This document shows, in pieces, positions 31,000-41,915 of a stretch of DNA of 64,000 nt. The notes under the pieces are model-generated. The model searched no databases. It was given only the letters and a program-made list of their open reading frames with translations, and was not told the DNA's origin. This stretch comes from an uncultured Elusimicrobia bacterium (GTDB lineage: Bacteria > Elusimicrobiota > Elusimicrobia > Elusimicrobiales > UBA9959): contig CAISZM010000028.1 of NCBI GenBank assembly GCA_903889965.1, forward strand, positions 9,831 through 73,830. The letters run 5' to 3'. The first letter of the stretch is position 1. The number at the start of each line of letters is the position of its first letter. A program made the translations under genes and the position numbers.

Positions 31000-31425
31000 A
31001 TGGCAAAAAAACAACTGCTCCTCACTATCGTGACCCCGGAAAAGACGGTGCTTTACGCAAAGCCTGTGGGGTTTGTCTCGCTGCCGGCCGTAGACGGGGA
31101 AATGGGCGTGCTTCCCTCCCACGCCTCTTTCGTGGTGGAGCTGAAAGAGGGCCTGATGCATTACAAGGACGGTCCGCGCAAAGAAGTTTTTTCCGTCCTG
31201 AGCGGCTTCGCCGAGATACATAAAAACAAGGTGCTTGTTCTGGCCGAGGCGGCGGAACTGTTAAAAGAGATCAGCGAGGAACGCGCGCGCCAGGCCTACC
31301 AGAAGGCGAAGGAAACGCTCGCCATACGCGGCGCGGACCTGGACCTGGACGAGGCGCAGGCCGCGCTGCGGCGCGCCGCAGTGCGCATAAAGGCTTCCGA
31401 GTTCAAGCGGAAGCACAAACTTTAA
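31000..31425 (+). CDS. atpC: F1 subunit epsilon
   Basis: 'IVTPE', 'GEMGVLPSHA', 'GFAEI', C-terminal helical hairpin. Confidence 0.95.
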   Translation: MAKKQLLLTIVTPEKTVLYAKPVGFVSLPAVDGEMGVLPSHASFVVELKEGLMHYKDGPRKEVFSVLSGFAEIHKNKVLVLAEAAELLKEISEERARQAYQKAKETLAIRGADLDLDEAQAALRRAAVRIKASEFKRKHKL

Positions 31426-31449
31426 GCCGGCCGCCCGGCAGGGGGGATA

Positions 31450-32574
31450 ATGGAATATACGCATCAGCGGGAAAGCTCCCGCCTGCTCTCGCTGGACGTG
31501 TTCAGGGGAATAACCATAGCCCTGATGATAATAGTGAACACCCCGGGCAACCGCGAAGCCTATTCCCAGCTGGACCACGCCGCCTGGAACGGCTGCACTT
31601 TCGCCGACCTAGTATTCCCTTTTTTCCTTTTTATAGTGGGGGTTTCCATAGTTTTCTCGCTGTCGCGCCGCCTTGAAGGGGGCCGTGCCTCCGGGCTCAT
31701 GCCCCGGATACTGAAGCGAGCCCTTATTATTTATGCCTTCGGCATGCTGCTGAACGCGATCCCCAATTATCATCTTTCCGCTATCCGTGTGCTGGGGGTG
31801 CTGCAGCGGATAGCTATATGCTACTTCTTCGCTTCGCTCCTGTTCGTTAAAACCGGCCTGCGTACGCAGATAGCCGTGTGTGTTTCGGCGCTGGCAGGCT
31901 ACTGGCTCGCCATGTCCTGCGTGCCGGTTCCCGGCTTCGGAGCCGGGGTTTTGACTCCGGAGGGTAACCTGGCCTCCTGGCTGGACAGGGCGATACTCGG
32001 GGCGCACACCTACCGGCAGGGGCCTTACGACCCGGAAGGCATTTTGAGCACCATACCCGCGCTGGCCACAACGCTCCTCGGAGTGTTCACCGGGCTGTGG
32101 CTCAGGTCCGCGCGGGAGCAGATCTCCAAGGTCAAAGGCCTGCTGGCTGCCGGCGCTATTTTTGCGGTGCTGGGCTGGTTTTGGGGCCTGGTTTTTCCTG
32201 TCAACAAGGCGCTGTGGACCAGTTCCTACGTCCTGTTCACGGCCGGTCTCGCGCTCTGGCTGCTGGCTTTTTGCTGCTGGCTGATCGAGATCAAAAGAAT
32301 AAAAGCGTGGGGCCGGCCTTTCGAAATTTTCGGCGTCAACGCTATAGCGGCCTATATGCTGCCCATACTTATGGTTAAGTTCCTCGTGTTTTACACTGTA
32401 ACACCGGCCGGGGCGGCAGCGCCGGAGCAGCTGCGGGTGCTGATCTGCAACGGGGTATTTGGCGGCTGGCTTTCCCCGCTCAACGCCTCCGCGGCTTTCG
32501 CTTTTTCCTATACACTTCTCTGGCTCGGCGTCTTCTGGCTGCTCTACCGCAGGAAAGTGTTCATAAAGATCTGA
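31450..32574 (+). CDS. Heparan-alpha-glucosaminide N-acetyltransferase-like (NagX/DUF5009) membrane protein
   Basis: 'RLLSLDVFRG', 'ADLVFPFFLF', 'GVLQRI', 'DPEGILS', 'NKALWTSSY'. Confidence 0.88.
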   Translation: MEYTHQRESSRLLSLDVFRGITIALMIIVNTPGNREAYSQLDHAAWNGCTFADLVFPFFLFIVGVSIVFSLSRRLEGGRASGLMPRILKRALIIYAFGMLLNAIPNYHLSAIRVLGVLQRIAICYFFASLLFVKTGLRTQIAVCVSALAGYWLAMSCVPVPGFGAGVLTPEGNLASWLDRAILGAHTYRQGPYDPEGILSTIPALATTLLGVFTGLWLRSAREQISKVKGLLAAGAIFAVLGWFWGLVFPVNKALWTSSYVLFTAGLALWLLAFCCWLIEIKRIKAWGRPFEIFGVNAIAAYMLPILMVKFLVFYTVTPAGAAAPEQLRVLICNGVFGGWLSPLNASAAFAFSYTLLWLGVFWLLYRRKVFIKI

Positions 32575-32725
32575 AATACCTTAAATGCCCGGCCTTGGCC
32601 CGCAAGCGTACGGCAGTTGCTTTTTTCGCGTCCGTTTGCTAATCTGACCTTGGGGGAGCAACCGTATAAATAAATATCCATAAGGCCGCGGCACTGTCGC
32701 GTCCTGCGGTATGCGGTTTTTCGAT

Positions 32726-33040
32726 ATGCGCGAAGTCATAGATAAAATACTTGCCGCCGAAGAAGAGGGGCGGGGCCTGGTCGCGGAAGCGCGCGGCCGC
32801 GCCTTGCTGATCCTTGCCGAAGCTAAAAAAAAGGCGGCGGGGATCGCGGCGGCTTCGCTTGAGAATTCGAGACGCGCCGCCGAAAGTGCCGTGGCCGCGG
32901 CGATAGCCGCCGCAGGGAAAGAGAAAGACCTGCGTCTCAAAGCTGCCAGGGCTGAAATAGAAAACCGCCTGCGGCTGGCCGAGGGGACAAGAAGCCGGGC
33001 TGTGGCGGCGGTGATCAGAAAAGTGCTGGGGAAAGATTAG
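32726..33040 (+). CDS. V/A-type ATPase subunit H/G (peripheral stalk)
   Basis: 'EVIDKILAAEEE' coiled coil at the head of the V-ATPase operon. Confidence 0.65.
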   Translation: MREVIDKILAAEEEGRGLVAEARGRALLILAEAKKKAAGIAAASLENSRRAAESAVAAAIAAAGKEKDLRLKAARAEIENRLRLAEGTRSRAVAAVIRKVLGKD

Positions 33041-33047
33041 GGGGAAA

Positions 33048-34070
33048 ATGCTCGCTTTGAAGGACCTGGACCATCTGGCGGCCAGGCTGCACGGCCGCCG
33101 CTCGCGCCTGTCCGACGGCGCGCGCCTGCGGGCGCTCTGCGGCCTTGGTTCCGTTCCGGTCCTGTCAAAAACCTTATTCCCCGGTGAGGATATAGACGGC
33201 GCGGCCGGCCTTCAGGCCAGGCTGGCGGAAGGCTTTATCCTTGAAGCCCGGGAAATTTCAGCCTGCCTTGACGAAGCCGGCGCCCGGTTCGTTGAATGGC
33301 AGGCCGCGCGTTTCCAGCTTGAGAACCTCAAGGCCGCGCTGAGGGGAATCCTGTCGGGAGCCGCGCCGGAAGACACCCGCCGCCTGCTTGCCTCTCTGCG
33401 AGCGGCGGGGGAGGGTTACGGCCCTGAGCTGGCCTCGGCCCGGGACACGGAGGCTTTGCTGGCCGTTTTGCCGGAAGGTTTTTTCAGGCGCAGCCTCGCC
33501 GCGGCCTGCGCTTCCTTTCACGGCAGCGCGGCGCTGTTTTTTATCGAGGCCGCCCTGGACAGGGATTATCTTAAAGAAATGTACGGCCGTACCAGGGGCC
33601 TGGGCGGGAGCGACCGAGCTTTCGCGGCCGCGCTCTGCGCCCAGGAAACAGGGGTCTTTAATCTCATGCTGGCCGCGCGCGGCAAATTCTTTTACGGATT
33701 TGAAAACCGGGCGCTGCTGGAGTTGTACGTTCCCGGCCAGGCAGCCGGCTTGCGGAGATTTAAAAATATGCTCGAGGCGGCCGATGCCGGCCAACTTCGC
33801 TCTATGGCCGCCGGGTTGGCTCTTGACCCTGGGCCGATGGAGCGGGATCCCTCGGTGCTCGAGGCCCTGGCCTGGCGCCGCTACGCCCGCCTGGCCAACC
33901 GCGCTCTGCGCCGCGGCCATATGGGTTTTGCCGCCGTGGCCGCGTACCTGGCGCTGCGCAGGGTCGAGATCGCGAATCTGATCACGGTCGCGGAGGGGCT
34001 GCGCCTGGGCGTCGAGGGCGTGAGCCTGTTCAGCAGGCTTATACCGCGTATCGGGGAGGCTTATGTTTAG
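33048..34070 (+). CDS. V/A-type ATPase subunit C
   Basis: 'ENLKAALRG', 'IEAALDRDY', 'EIANLITVAEG'. Confidence 0.8.
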   Translation: MLALKDLDHLAARLHGRRSRLSDGARLRALCGLGSVPVLSKTLFPGEDIDGAAGLQARLAEGFILEAREISACLDEAGARFVEWQAARFQLENLKAALRGILSGAAPEDTRRLLASLRAAGEGYGPELASARDTEALLAVLPEGFFRRSLAAACASFHGSAALFFIEAALDRDYLKEMYGRTRGLGGSDRAFAAALCAQETGVFNLMLAARGKFFYGFENRALLELYVPGQAAGLRRFKNMLEAADAGQLRSMAAGLALDPGPMERDPSVLEALAWRRYARLANRALRRGHMGFAAVAAYLALRRVEIANLITVAEGLRLGVEGVSLFSRLIPRIGEAYV

Positions 34071-35979
34071 GCCGGAGCGAATGGCGCGGCTGGACGCCGT
34101 TTTGCTGAAAAAAGACCTGCGCCGGACCCTTTTGAGGCTCGGCGCCGCCGCCAGCATGGAACTTGACGAGCCCGCAACTCCGGGTATCCCGGCGCGCTCC
34201 GGAGGAGACCGGGACCGGGCGGCTTGCGCGGCGCTGGCCGCGCGCGCCTCGGATCTAAGGAAGTCTCTTGCCGTTACGGCGGTCGAGAGCGGGCAGACCC
34301 CGGAAATGGGCTTCGATCCGGCCGCGGCGGCGCTGGCAGAGCTGGAAAGCGCCGCAACCGCGCGGCTTAAGCGCCGCGACGAACTCTCCGCCAGATACGA
34401 GGGGCTCGCGAGGGACGATGAAAAATTGTCCCCCTATTCGGGGCTGCCTCTGCCCTCGGAATGTCCGCGGAAATTCGCCTTTCTCTACTGCGCAACCGGG
34501 GAAATACCGTCCGGGAATCTGGCCGGGCTGCGCGCTAAAATGCCCGCGAACGCCGTGATCCTGCCGCTCGCCGGGGGTAACGGCAGTGTTCGGGCCGCGG
34601 TGCTGGGCAGCGCTTCGGACGGACCTGAATTGTCAGGCGCGCTGAAGCTCGCCGGTTTCCGGCACGAGGAACTCCCGGCACGCCCTGGTTTTACGCTGGC
34701 GGCGCTGGCCGCAAGCCTCGCTTCGGAGAGCCGGCTGGCCAAAGCGGAACTTAAAAGCGCCGAGCTGGAGGTACAAGAGCTGGCGGCCGAAGCCGCAAGG
34801 CGCCTGCCTTCCATCGAACGCGCCGCGGCGCTCGAGGGAAAACTTGCCGGGGCGCGGGACCGCCTGGGGAGCACGGGAACTTCAGCCGTGATCTCGGGCT
34901 GGGTCCCGGCCGGAGAGGCGGAGGGCCTGGCCCGCGCGATGGGCGAGGCTTCCGGGGGCTTATGCGTGGCTGAGATAAGCGCCCCCCCGGCCGGAAGCTC
35001 CGTTCCAGTACTGCTCCGACCCCCGGGTATCCTTAGGCCTTTCGCTATGCTGGTATCGTCGTACGGCCTCCCCGGCTACGGCGAAGTGGAGCCTACGGTC
35101 TTCGCCGCCGCCGCCTACCTCTTTATGTTCGGGATGATGTTCGGGGATGCTGGACACGGTCTGGTCCTTTGCGCAGCGGGTTTTGCCATGGCGCTGAAGG
35201 GACGCTCTGAAAAAATACGCGATTCCGGGCGCATGGTTTTCGCCTGCGGCGTTTCGGCCGCGCTGTTCGGGATCCTCTACGGAGGCTTTTTCGGCCTGGA
35301 GAGGCTGAAAAAATTCGCCCTGTGGCGCGATCCCCTGGCGGGCGATCCTCTCGGGCTGGTGACAGCGGCCCTGGCGGCCGGGGCCGTAATAATAAGTATC
35401 GGGGTGGTGCTGAACATAGCGAACCGGGCGCTGGCCGGGGACAGGCTCGGGGCCGTGCTGGGCAGGTTCGGCGCGGCCGGGCTGGTTTTCTACTGGGGGG
35501 GGATAGCTTTGGCCGCGGGTTTTGCCGGCGCGCGCCTCGCGCTGCCGCTGATGGCACTGGCGGTATTCTGCTGGGTCCTGAAGGAGCCCGCGCTCTATTT
35601 ACTGCGCAGCCGCTCCGGGTCGCCCCCGGGCGAGGACGGCTTTGCGGCGGTGTCGGCCGAAGCGCTGGTCGGGGCTTTTGAGGCGGCTCTGCTCTACCTG
35701 GCCAATACGGTAAGCTTCGTACGTCTCGCCGCGTACGCTATGAGCCACGCCGCGCTTATGTCCGCGGCCTATGCCCTGGCCGGGACCGCCGACGGGGTAT
35801 GGGGCCGCGGCAGTCTGGCTGGCATAGCGGCCGCGGCAGCCGGGAATCTCGCGGCCATAGGGCTCGAGGGGCTTGTGGCGGCGGTGCAGGCCCTGCGGCT
35901 TGAGTATTATGAATTTTTTGGAAAGTTTTTCGAGGGTGGCGGCCGTCCGTTCAAGCCGTTCTCCCTTACAGGAGGATAA
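34063..35979 (+). CDS. V/A-type ATPase subunit I
   Basis: 'YGLPGYGEVEPT', 'FGMMFGDAGHG', 'NTVSFVRL', 'QALRLEYYEFF'. Confidence 0.93.
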   Translation: MFRPERMARLDAVLLKKDLRRTLLRLGAAASMELDEPATPGIPARSGGDRDRAACAALAARASDLRKSLAVTAVESGQTPEMGFDPAAAALAELESAATARLKRRDELSARYEGLARDDEKLSPYSGLPLPSECPRKFAFLYCATGEIPSGNLAGLRAKMPANAVILPLAGGNGSVRAAVLGSASDGPELSGALKLAGFRHEELPARPGFTLAALAASLASESRLAKAELKSAELEVQELAAEAARRLPSIERAAALEGKLAGARDRLGSTGTSAVISGWVPAGEAEGLARAMGEASGGLCVAEISAPPAGSSVPVLLRPPGILRPFAMLVSSYGLPGYGEVEPTVFAAAAYLFMFGMMFGDAGHGLVLCAAGFAMALKGRSEKIRDSGRMVFACGVSAALFGILYGGFFGLERLKKFALWRDPLAGDPLGLVTAALAAGAVIISIGVVLNIANRALAGDRLGAVLGRFGAAGLVFYWGGIALAAGFAGARLALPLMALAVFCWVLKEPALYLLRSRSGSPPGEDGFAAVSAEALVGAFEAALLYLANTVSFVRLAAYAMSHAALMSAAYALAGTADGVWGRGSLAGIAAAAAGNLAAIGLEGLVAAVQALRLEYYEFFGKFFEGGGRPFKPFSLTGG

Positions 35980-35980
35980 A

Positions 35981-36307
35981 ATGAAAAACTGGTATACGCT
36001 GCCGTGCGCCGCGGCCGCTCTGGCGCTGGGATCATGTTCGGAGGCCATGGCTTCGCCGCTAGCCGGCGCGGCCGCTTCCGCGGGTTCGGATTACCGCGCC
36101 ATCGGCATCGGCTTCGCCGCGGCCGCGACCATGGGTGTCTGCGTGCTGGGCGCCGCTTACGCGGTGGCCCGCGTCGGCTCCGCCGCCATGGGCGCCGCGG
36201 CGGAAAAACCTGAACTGCTTATACGGAGCCTGCTATTCGTCGCGCTGGCCGAGGGCCTGGCCGTGCTGGGCTTCGTGATCTCCATGATGCTGCTCCAGAA
36301 GATATAA
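35981..36307 (+). CDS. V/A-type ATPase subunit K (c-ring), single hairpin with N-terminal leader
   Basis: GGAGG SD; 'GSAAMGA.AEKPE...LFVALAEG'. Confidence 0.88.
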   Translation: MKNWYTLPCAAAALALGSCSEAMASPLAGAAASAGSDYRAIGIGFAAAATMGVCVLGAAYAVARVGSAAMGAAAEKPELLIRSLLFVALAEGLAVLGFVISMMLLQKI

Positions 36308-36310
36308 AAC

Positions 36311-36538
36311 GTGGAATTCTACTGTATAGGCGATGATGATGCCGTGCGCGGTTTCAGGCTTGCCGGTGTCCGCGGGCGGGCTGTGAACGGCGCCGCCGCG
36401 ACGGCGGAGGCGCTGGAGGAGGCGGCCGCGCGGGCGGACTGCGGCGTGATAATAATCACGAGCGCCGCCGCCGGGCTCGTGCGCGCGCGCTTGAACGAAA
36501 TAAAAGAGCGTTCCAGGCCGCTGATAGCCGAGATCTAG
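36311..36538 (+). CDS. V/A-type ATPase subunit F (short, 75 aa)
   Basis: 'IGDDDAVRGFRLAGV', 'GVIIIT', 'PLIAEI'. Confidence 0.85.
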   Translation: MEFYCIGDDDAVRGFRLAGVRGRAVNGAAATAEALEEAAARADCGVIIITSAAAGLVRARLNEIKERSRPLIAEI

Positions 36539-36573
36539 GCCGCCGCGGATGAGGCGGAAGGCCGGGGGAATTT

Positions 36574-37206
36574 ATGGAGATAGAGGGTAACGCGGAGGCG
36601 CTTGTCGGGGAGATACGCGCCCTGGCGCAGCGCGAAAGTGCGGGGATAATTTTAGCGGCCGAAGCCGAAGCCGCGGAGATACTGGACCGGGCGAAAAAAG
36701 AGGCGGAGCTGGACGCCCGCGCCCGGGCGGCCGCCGCTGGCGCCGAGGGGGAGCGGCGGCGGCGGATGGTCCTGGCCTCGGTGCCGGTGGAGGCCGGGCG
36801 CATTGCAGCCGCCGAACTGGAAGCCGTTCTTGATTCCATTAAGAAAGAGGTCCGGGCGTGCCTGCGCGAAAAAGGCTGCCCGCGCGCCGGAACTGCCGCG
36901 GCGCTGGCCGCAGCGGCCGTGAGGGGGATGGAGGGCAATTCCTTCGTGCTGCGCGTTTCCCCGGAGGACAGCCGCGGCCTCCCCGGTCTTGAGGCCGAGG
37001 TTTCCCGCCTGGCAGGCAAAGGGGCCCTCGAAATAGTCCTGAAAGAGGATCCCGGGCTGGACGGGGGGGCGGCGGTGTATGGTCCCGGAGGGCGGCAATA
37101 CTGGGACAACAGTTTGACCGGCAGGCTGGAGCGGCTCTGGCCGGAGCAGCGGCGGCTGCTCAGCCTGGACCTTGAAAAAGACTGGGGGAACCATGGGCGC
37201 GGCTGA
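36574..37206 (+). CDS. V/A-type ATPase subunit E
   Basis: N-terminal coiled coil; 'GG......G....DNSL..RL'. Confidence 0.8.
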   Translation: MEIEGNAEALVGEIRALAQRESAGIILAAEAEAAEILDRAKKEAELDARARAAAAGAEGERRRRMVLASVPVEAGRIAAAELEAVLDSIKKEVRACLREKGCPRAGTAAALAAAAVRGMEGNSFVLRVSPEDSRGLPGLEAEVSRLAGKGALEIVLKEDPGLDGGAAVYGPGGRQYWDNSLTGRLERLWPEQRRLLSLDLEKDWGNHGRG

Positions 37207-38977
37207 AAACGGAAGGCGGCCTTTTGTCACGCGGATCAGCGGGCCGGTAGTGACCGTGGGCGGCATGGCCGGAGCCAGCATGTACGAGGTGGTGCGCGTG
37301 GGCGAGCTGGGACTGGTGGGTGAGGTCGTGAGGCAGGCCGGCGACACGGCCACGGTGCAGGTTTATGAGGACACCACCATGCTTAAGCCCGGGGCGCCGG
37401 TGGAGCGCAGCGGGGCGCCGCTTTCCCTGTGGCTGGGGCCAGGCCTTATCGGGAATATCTACGACGGAGTTCAGCGGCCTCTCCCGGAGCTTATGGCGCG
37501 CGGAGGAACCTGGATACGGCGCGGCGAGAAGGCGGATCCTCTTGATCTCTCCCGGCCCTGGGAGTTCACGCCCCTGCTTGTTCCCGGGCAGGAGGTGACC
37601 GAAGGGCAGGCGGCCGGGCTGGTTAAGGAAACGCCGCTGGTCGAACATAAAATAATGCTGCCGCCGGGAGTCGGCGGCACGGTGCGCTCGGCCGCGGGGA
37701 AGGGCGCCTATACGCTCAACGACACGCTTGCCGTCGTCGACACTCCGTCGGGACCGGTAGAAATAAAGATGCTGCAAAAATGGCCCGTGCGGCAGCCGCG
37801 CCCGGCGCGCGCCCGCCGCCGCGTGAGCGAGCCGCTGGTGACCGGCCAGCGCGTGATAGACACTTTTTTCCCGCTTGCCAAGGGCGGCTGCGCGTGCATC
37901 CCGGGAGGCTTCGGCACCGGCAAGACCATAACGCAGCACCAGCTGGCGAAGTGGTCGGACGCCGGGATAATAATCTTCATCGGCTGCGGCGAGAGGGGCA
38001 ACGAGATGACCGAGGTGCTGCGCGAGTTCCCGGAACTTAAAGACCCTCGCACCGGCAGGCCGCTTATGGAGCGCACTATACTGATAGCCAACACCTCCAA
38101 TATGCCCGTAGCCGCGCGGGAGGTTTCGATCTACACCGGCATAACCATGGCCGAGTACTACCGGGACATGGGCTGGGACGTGGCGGTATTCGCGGATTCG
38201 ACCAGCAGGTGGGCCGAGGCGCTGCGCGAGATGGCCGCGCGGCTGGAGGAGATGCCGGCCGAGGAGGGCTTTCCCGCGAGCCTCCCCTCCCGCCTGGCGC
38301 AGTTCTACGAGCGGGGCGGAGCCGTTACGGCCCTCGGCGGGTGGGAGGGCTCGGTCAGCATAGTCGGAGCCGTCAGTCCGCCGGGGGGGGACTTTTCGGA
38401 ACCGGTGACGCAGCACACCCGCCGCTTTACCAGGGTGCTGTGGTCGCTGGATACGGAGCTTGCCAACGCCAGGCATTACCCCTCCATCAACTGGCTGCGT
38501 TCCTATTCGGACTATCTCGAGGAAGTGGAGAACGCCTGGGAGAAGATCGCCCCGGGCTGGAGAGAGCTGCGCGGCGAAGCCATGGTAGTGCTTCAGCGGG
38601 AGGAACATTACCGCCAGATCGCGCGCCTCATAGGGCCGGACGCCCTGCCGGACGGCCAGCGGCTGTTCCTTTTTATAGGAGGGATCATGCGCGAGGGTTT
38701 CCTGGCGCAGAGCGCCTTCGACGAAGCGGATATGTACTGCCCCCTGGAAAAGCAGGCGGCGCTGCTGAGGGTTATAATGGCGCTTTACGTCGGCGCCCGC
38801 GACCTTATAAAGTCCGGCGCGGCGCTGGCGGATATTTCCGCGCTGCCGTGCGTTGGCAGGGTCATGCGGGCCAAAACCGAATGCCCAGGGGTTCAGGAGC
38901 TCGCGGATCTTGAGGGGGCGGTAAAAGACGAGCTGGCCGAGCTCTCCGTAAGAGCGGGAAAGGGGGGCGTTGTATGA
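37193..38977 (+). CDS. V/A-type ATPase subunit A
   Basis: 'PGGFGTGKT', 'GCGERGNEM', '[11 protein letters not shown]', '[13 protein letters not shown]'. Confidence 0.96.
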   Translation: MGAAENGRRPFVTRISGPVVTVGGMAGASMYEVVRVGELGLVGEVVRQAGDTATVQVYEDTTMLKPGAPVERSGAPLSLWLGPGLIGNIYDGVQRPLPELMARGGTWIRRGEKADPLDLSRPWEFTPLLVPGQEVTEGQAAGLVKETPLVEHKIMLPPGVGGTVRSAAGKGAYTLNDTLAVVDTPSGPVEIKMLQKWPVRQPRPARARRRVSEPLVTGQRVIDTFFPLAKGGCACIPGGFGTGKTITQHQLAKWSDAGIIIFIGCGERGNEMTEVLREFPELKDPRTGRPLMERTILIANTSNMPVAAREVSIYTGITMAEYYRDMGWDVAVFADSTSRWAEALREMAARLEEMPAEEGFPASLPSRLAQFYERGGAVTALGGWEGSVSIVGAVSPPGGDFSEPVTQHTRRFTRVLWSLDTELANARHYPSINWLRSYSDYLEEVENAWEKIAPGWRELRGEAMVVLQREEHYRQIARLIGPDALPDGQRLFLFIGGIMREGFLAQSAFDEADMYCPLEKQAALLRVIMALYVGARDLIKSGAALADISALPCVGRVMRAKTECPGVQELADLEGAVKDELAELSVRAGKGGVV

Positions 38978-40374
38978 GCTTGCGCGACAGCGGGCTGGAA
39001 TACGTCGGAGCCTCCCGGATAGAGGGACCTCTGGTGGTTGTGGAGCGCGTCCGTGACGCGGGCTTCGACGAACTTGTGGAGATAAGGGACCGCGGCGGGC
39101 GTCCGAGGCTGGGGCGAGTGCTGGATATCTCGCAAGATGCCGCAGTCGTGCAGGTGCTCGAGGGCACAGAAGGCCTCTCCTGCGGCACGCTCAGGGCGCG
39201 CTTCCTGGGAGAAAGCCTTAAACTGCCGGTTTCGGAGAGCATGCTCGGGCGCGTTTTCGACGGGCTTGGGCGCCCGGCCGACGGCGGACCGGCGCCTCTT
39301 TCCGGGGACAGGCGCGACGTAAACGGTTCGCCCATCAACCCCGTGGCGCGTCGCTACCCGCGCGAATTCATACAGACCGGCATTTCGGCCATAGACGGCA
39401 TGAACGCCCTGGTGCGCGGCCAGAAACTGCCGATCTTCTCCGGCAACGGCCTGCCGCACGACCGAGTCTGCGCGCAGCTGGTGCGGCAGGCCCGGCTGCC
39501 CGGAGAAAAAGGCGGCTTCTCAATAGTCTTCGCGGCGATGGGCGTGAAGCGGGACGTGGCGGATTATTTTATGCGCGACTTCGAGGAATCCGGAGCCCTC
39601 GAGCGGGTGGCGATGTTCTTGTCGCTGGCGGACGCGCCAGGGGTTGAGCGTCTGCTTACGCCGAGGGCCGCGCTGACGCTGGCCGAATACCTGGCCTTCG
39701 ACCTCGGCCGGCACGTGCTCGTGGTGCTGACGGATATGACGAACTATTGCGAGAGCTTGCGCGAGGTGGGAACTGCCCGGGGCGAGATCCCCGGGCGCAA
39801 GGGCTACCCCGGCTACCTGTACTCCGATCTGGCCTCCATTTACGAGCGGGCCGGGCGCGTCGAGGGCTCGGGCGGCTCCATAACCCAGACCGCGATACTC
39901 ACCATGCCTTCCGACGACATCAGCCACCCGGTGCCGGACCTGACCGGCTATATCACGGAGGGGCAGATAGTGCTGGACCGGGACCTTTTCCAGCGCGGCG
40001 TATATCCTCCGATAGCCGGCCTCCCAAGCCTTTCACGCCTGATGAAGGACGGTGTCGGCAAGGGCTATACGCGCGGGGATCACCCGGCGCTGGCGAGCCA
40101 GCTTTTCGCCTGCTACGCCTATGTTAAGCGCGTGCGGGCACTGGCCGACATCATCGGTGAGGACGACCTGAGCGCCGGAGACAAGCTGTACCTGAAGTTC
40201 GGGGAAAATTTTGAGCGGCGCTTCCTCAACCAGGGCGAGCACGAGGACCGGCCTGTCGAGACGACCCTGGACCTGGGCTGGGAGATGCTTTCCATGCTGC
40301 CCCGGGAGGAACTGCACCGCGTCAGCGGAGAGATGCTGGATGAACACTATAAAAAGAACAAGGAGCGAAGGTAG
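38974..40374 (+). CDS. V/A-type ATPase subunit B
   Basis: '[13 protein letters not shown]', '[14 protein letters not shown]', '[11 protein letters not shown]'. Confidence 0.96.
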   Translation: MSLRDSGLEYVGASRIEGPLVVVERVRDAGFDELVEIRDRGGRPRLGRVLDISQDAAVVQVLEGTEGLSCGTLRARFLGESLKLPVSESMLGRVFDGLGRPADGGPAPLSGDRRDVNGSPINPVARRYPREFIQTGISAIDGMNALVRGQKLPIFSGNGLPHDRVCAQLVRQARLPGEKGGFSIVFAAMGVKRDVADYFMRDFEESGALERVAMFLSLADAPGVERLLTPRAALTLAEYLAFDLGRHVLVVLTDMTNYCESLREVGTARGEIPGRKGYPGYLYSDLASIYERAGRVEGSGGSITQTAILTMPSDDISHPVPDLTGYITEGQIVLDRDLFQRGVYPPIAGLPSLSRLMKDGVGKGYTRGDHPALASQLFACYAYVKRVRALADIIGEDDLSAGDKLYLKFGENFERRFLNQGEHEDRPVETTLDLGWEMLSMLPREELHRVSGEMLDEHYKKNKERR

Positions 40375-40380
40375 AAAAGT

Positions 40381-41010
40381 ATGGCGCTCCTGGACTTGCC
40401 CGCCACAAAATCCTCGCTCCTGGCCCTCAAGCGGCAGCTGGCTTTCGCCGAGGAGGGCTATAGCCTCCTCGACCAGAAAAGGGAGCTGCTGCTCGGGGAG
40501 CTGACAGTCACTTCCGGGCGCGCAAGGCAGGCCCGGCTGAAAGCCGAAGACGCGCTTCGGCGCGCTTTCAGCGCGCTCAGGGAGGCGACGCTCGACGCGG
40601 GTTCCTCCGCCGTTGACAGGGCCGCCCTCGGGGCGCGCGCGGCTCACAAGGCGGAGATAGGGGAGCGCCGGCTTATGGGCGTGCGGCTGCCGGAAGCGTA
40701 CGGGATGGCGGAGCCGGCATTCACGGCGTTCGGTCCCGGCGGAACTCCGGCCGCCGCCGACCTGGCCGGGAAATTGTTCGCCGGCGCCCTGCCGCTCCTC
40801 GCCGGCCTGGCCGGGCTGGAGACCGCGGTCCTGCGGCTGGCCCGCGAACTTAAAAAGACGCAGCGCCGCTGCAACGCCCTTTCGAAAAGATTGATGCCCG
40901 ATTGCCGGGAAACGATATCTTTCCTCTCCGGGAATCTCGAGGAGAGGGAAAGGGAATCTCTTATCGTTCTTAAGATGGCGCGCGACCGGCTGCGTTCGTC
41001 GCGTGAATAG
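40381..41010 (+). CDS. V/A-type ATPase subunit D
   Basis: 'G.SLLDQKRE.L', 'KTQRRCNAL', 'LEERERE'. Confidence 0.92.
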   Translation: MALLDLPATKSSLLALKRQLAFAEEGYSLLDQKRELLLGELTVTSGRARQARLKAEDALRRAFSALREATLDAGSSAVDRAALGARAAHKAEIGERRLMGVRLPEAYGMAEPAFTAFGPGGTPAAADLAGKLFAGALPLLAGLAGLETAVLRLARELKKTQRRCNALSKRLMPDCRETISFLSGNLEERERESLIVLKMARDRLRSSRE

Positions 41011-41718
41011 CTACCTGCCCGCGGTGTGAACCGCGACGGCTCCGGGGCAGAGTATGCGGTGGGCTGGTCCGGAAAAACCGGCTTCGGCCAGCAGCGCCGA
41101 GAAGTCCCCGGCGCCGTAAAAAGCCAGGATCGTTTTTTTCAGGAAGGTATACGACGCCCTGCTTTTCGGCGATGCCAGGTTAAGCAGGCCGATGACGGTT
41201 CCGACGTAAAAGCGCATAAGCAGCCGGATAAGGGGGTTCCCGGGCCGGGTTGTCTCGAGGTTTACGAAAACGCCCCCGGGTTTAAGCACCCTGCGGAATT
41301 CGCGAAGGGCCGCCAGCAGTTTCGGTTTGTCTATATTAAGGTTGCGGGTGGCGAAAGATATGGCCACGAGGTCGAAGACGGCGTCCGGGAAAGGGAGCGC
41401 TTTCGCTTCGGCCTCTACGAATTTGACACCCGGCATCTTTTTTTTCGCGGCGGAGAGCATGGCCGCGCTGAGGTCGGCGCCGGTGATGGCCAGGCCGGGT
41501 CCGAAGGCTCTTTGAAGCGCCAGCGAAAAGTCACCCGTGCCGCAACAGACGTCCAGGGCCGTACACGCACCGGGGGCAAGCTTTTTCGCGGCCGCGGCGG
41601 CCCTGGCCCTCCAGTAACGGTCCAGCCCGAAGGTTAAAAACGAGTTAGCCGCCCCGTAGAAAAAACAAATACCGTCGTAAAACCCGGCTATCGCTAGCTC
41701 GGAAGTCTTGGACGGCAT
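41011..41718 (-). CDS. UbiE/MenG family SAM-dependent methyltransferase
   Basis: 'LTFGLDRYWR', 'LDVCCGTGD', 'LPFPD..FD', 'RRVLKPGG'. Confidence 0.88.
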   Translation of the reverse strand: MPSKTSELAIAGFYDGICFFYGAANSFLTFGLDRYWRARAAAAAKKLAPGACTALDVCCGTGDFSLALQRAFGPGLAITGADLSAAMLSAAKKKMPGVKFVEAEAKALPFPDAVFDLVAISFATRNLNIDKPKLLAALREFRRVLKPGGVFVNLETTRPGNPLIRLLMRFYVGTVIGLLNLASPKSRASYTFLKKTILAFYGAGDFSALLAEAGFSGPAHRILCPGAVAVHTAGR

Positions 41719-41741
41719 TCGTTTCGGCCCGGAAGAAGCGA

Positions 41742-41915
41742 TTACTTCTTTTCTTCTTTGTTGTCGTTTTCTGCCACGAACTTTTTTATCTCTTCAAAGC
41801 CCTCGATTATGAGGCGGGCCTTGGAGAGGCCGAAAGAGAACGGGTATTTGTCGTTCTCGTTCCGTTTGAGTATAAGGACCGGCTGGCCTTTGTATTCGGT
41901 TCTGTCTACTATCAT
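41742..41915 (-). CDS. Small hypothetical protein (57 aa)
   Basis: GGAGG SD before ATG 41915; MIVDRTEYKGQPVLILKRNENDKYPFSFGLSKARLII... Confidence 0.75.
   Translation of the reverse strand: MIVDRTEYKGQPVLILKRNENDKYPFSFGLSKARLIIEGFEEIKKFVAENDNKEEKK

Noticed and set aside
36536-36538. Pyrrolysine or programmed readthrough of the subunit F TAG
   Set aside because: No pyl genes or supporting signal; other genes in the window use TAG as a normal stop
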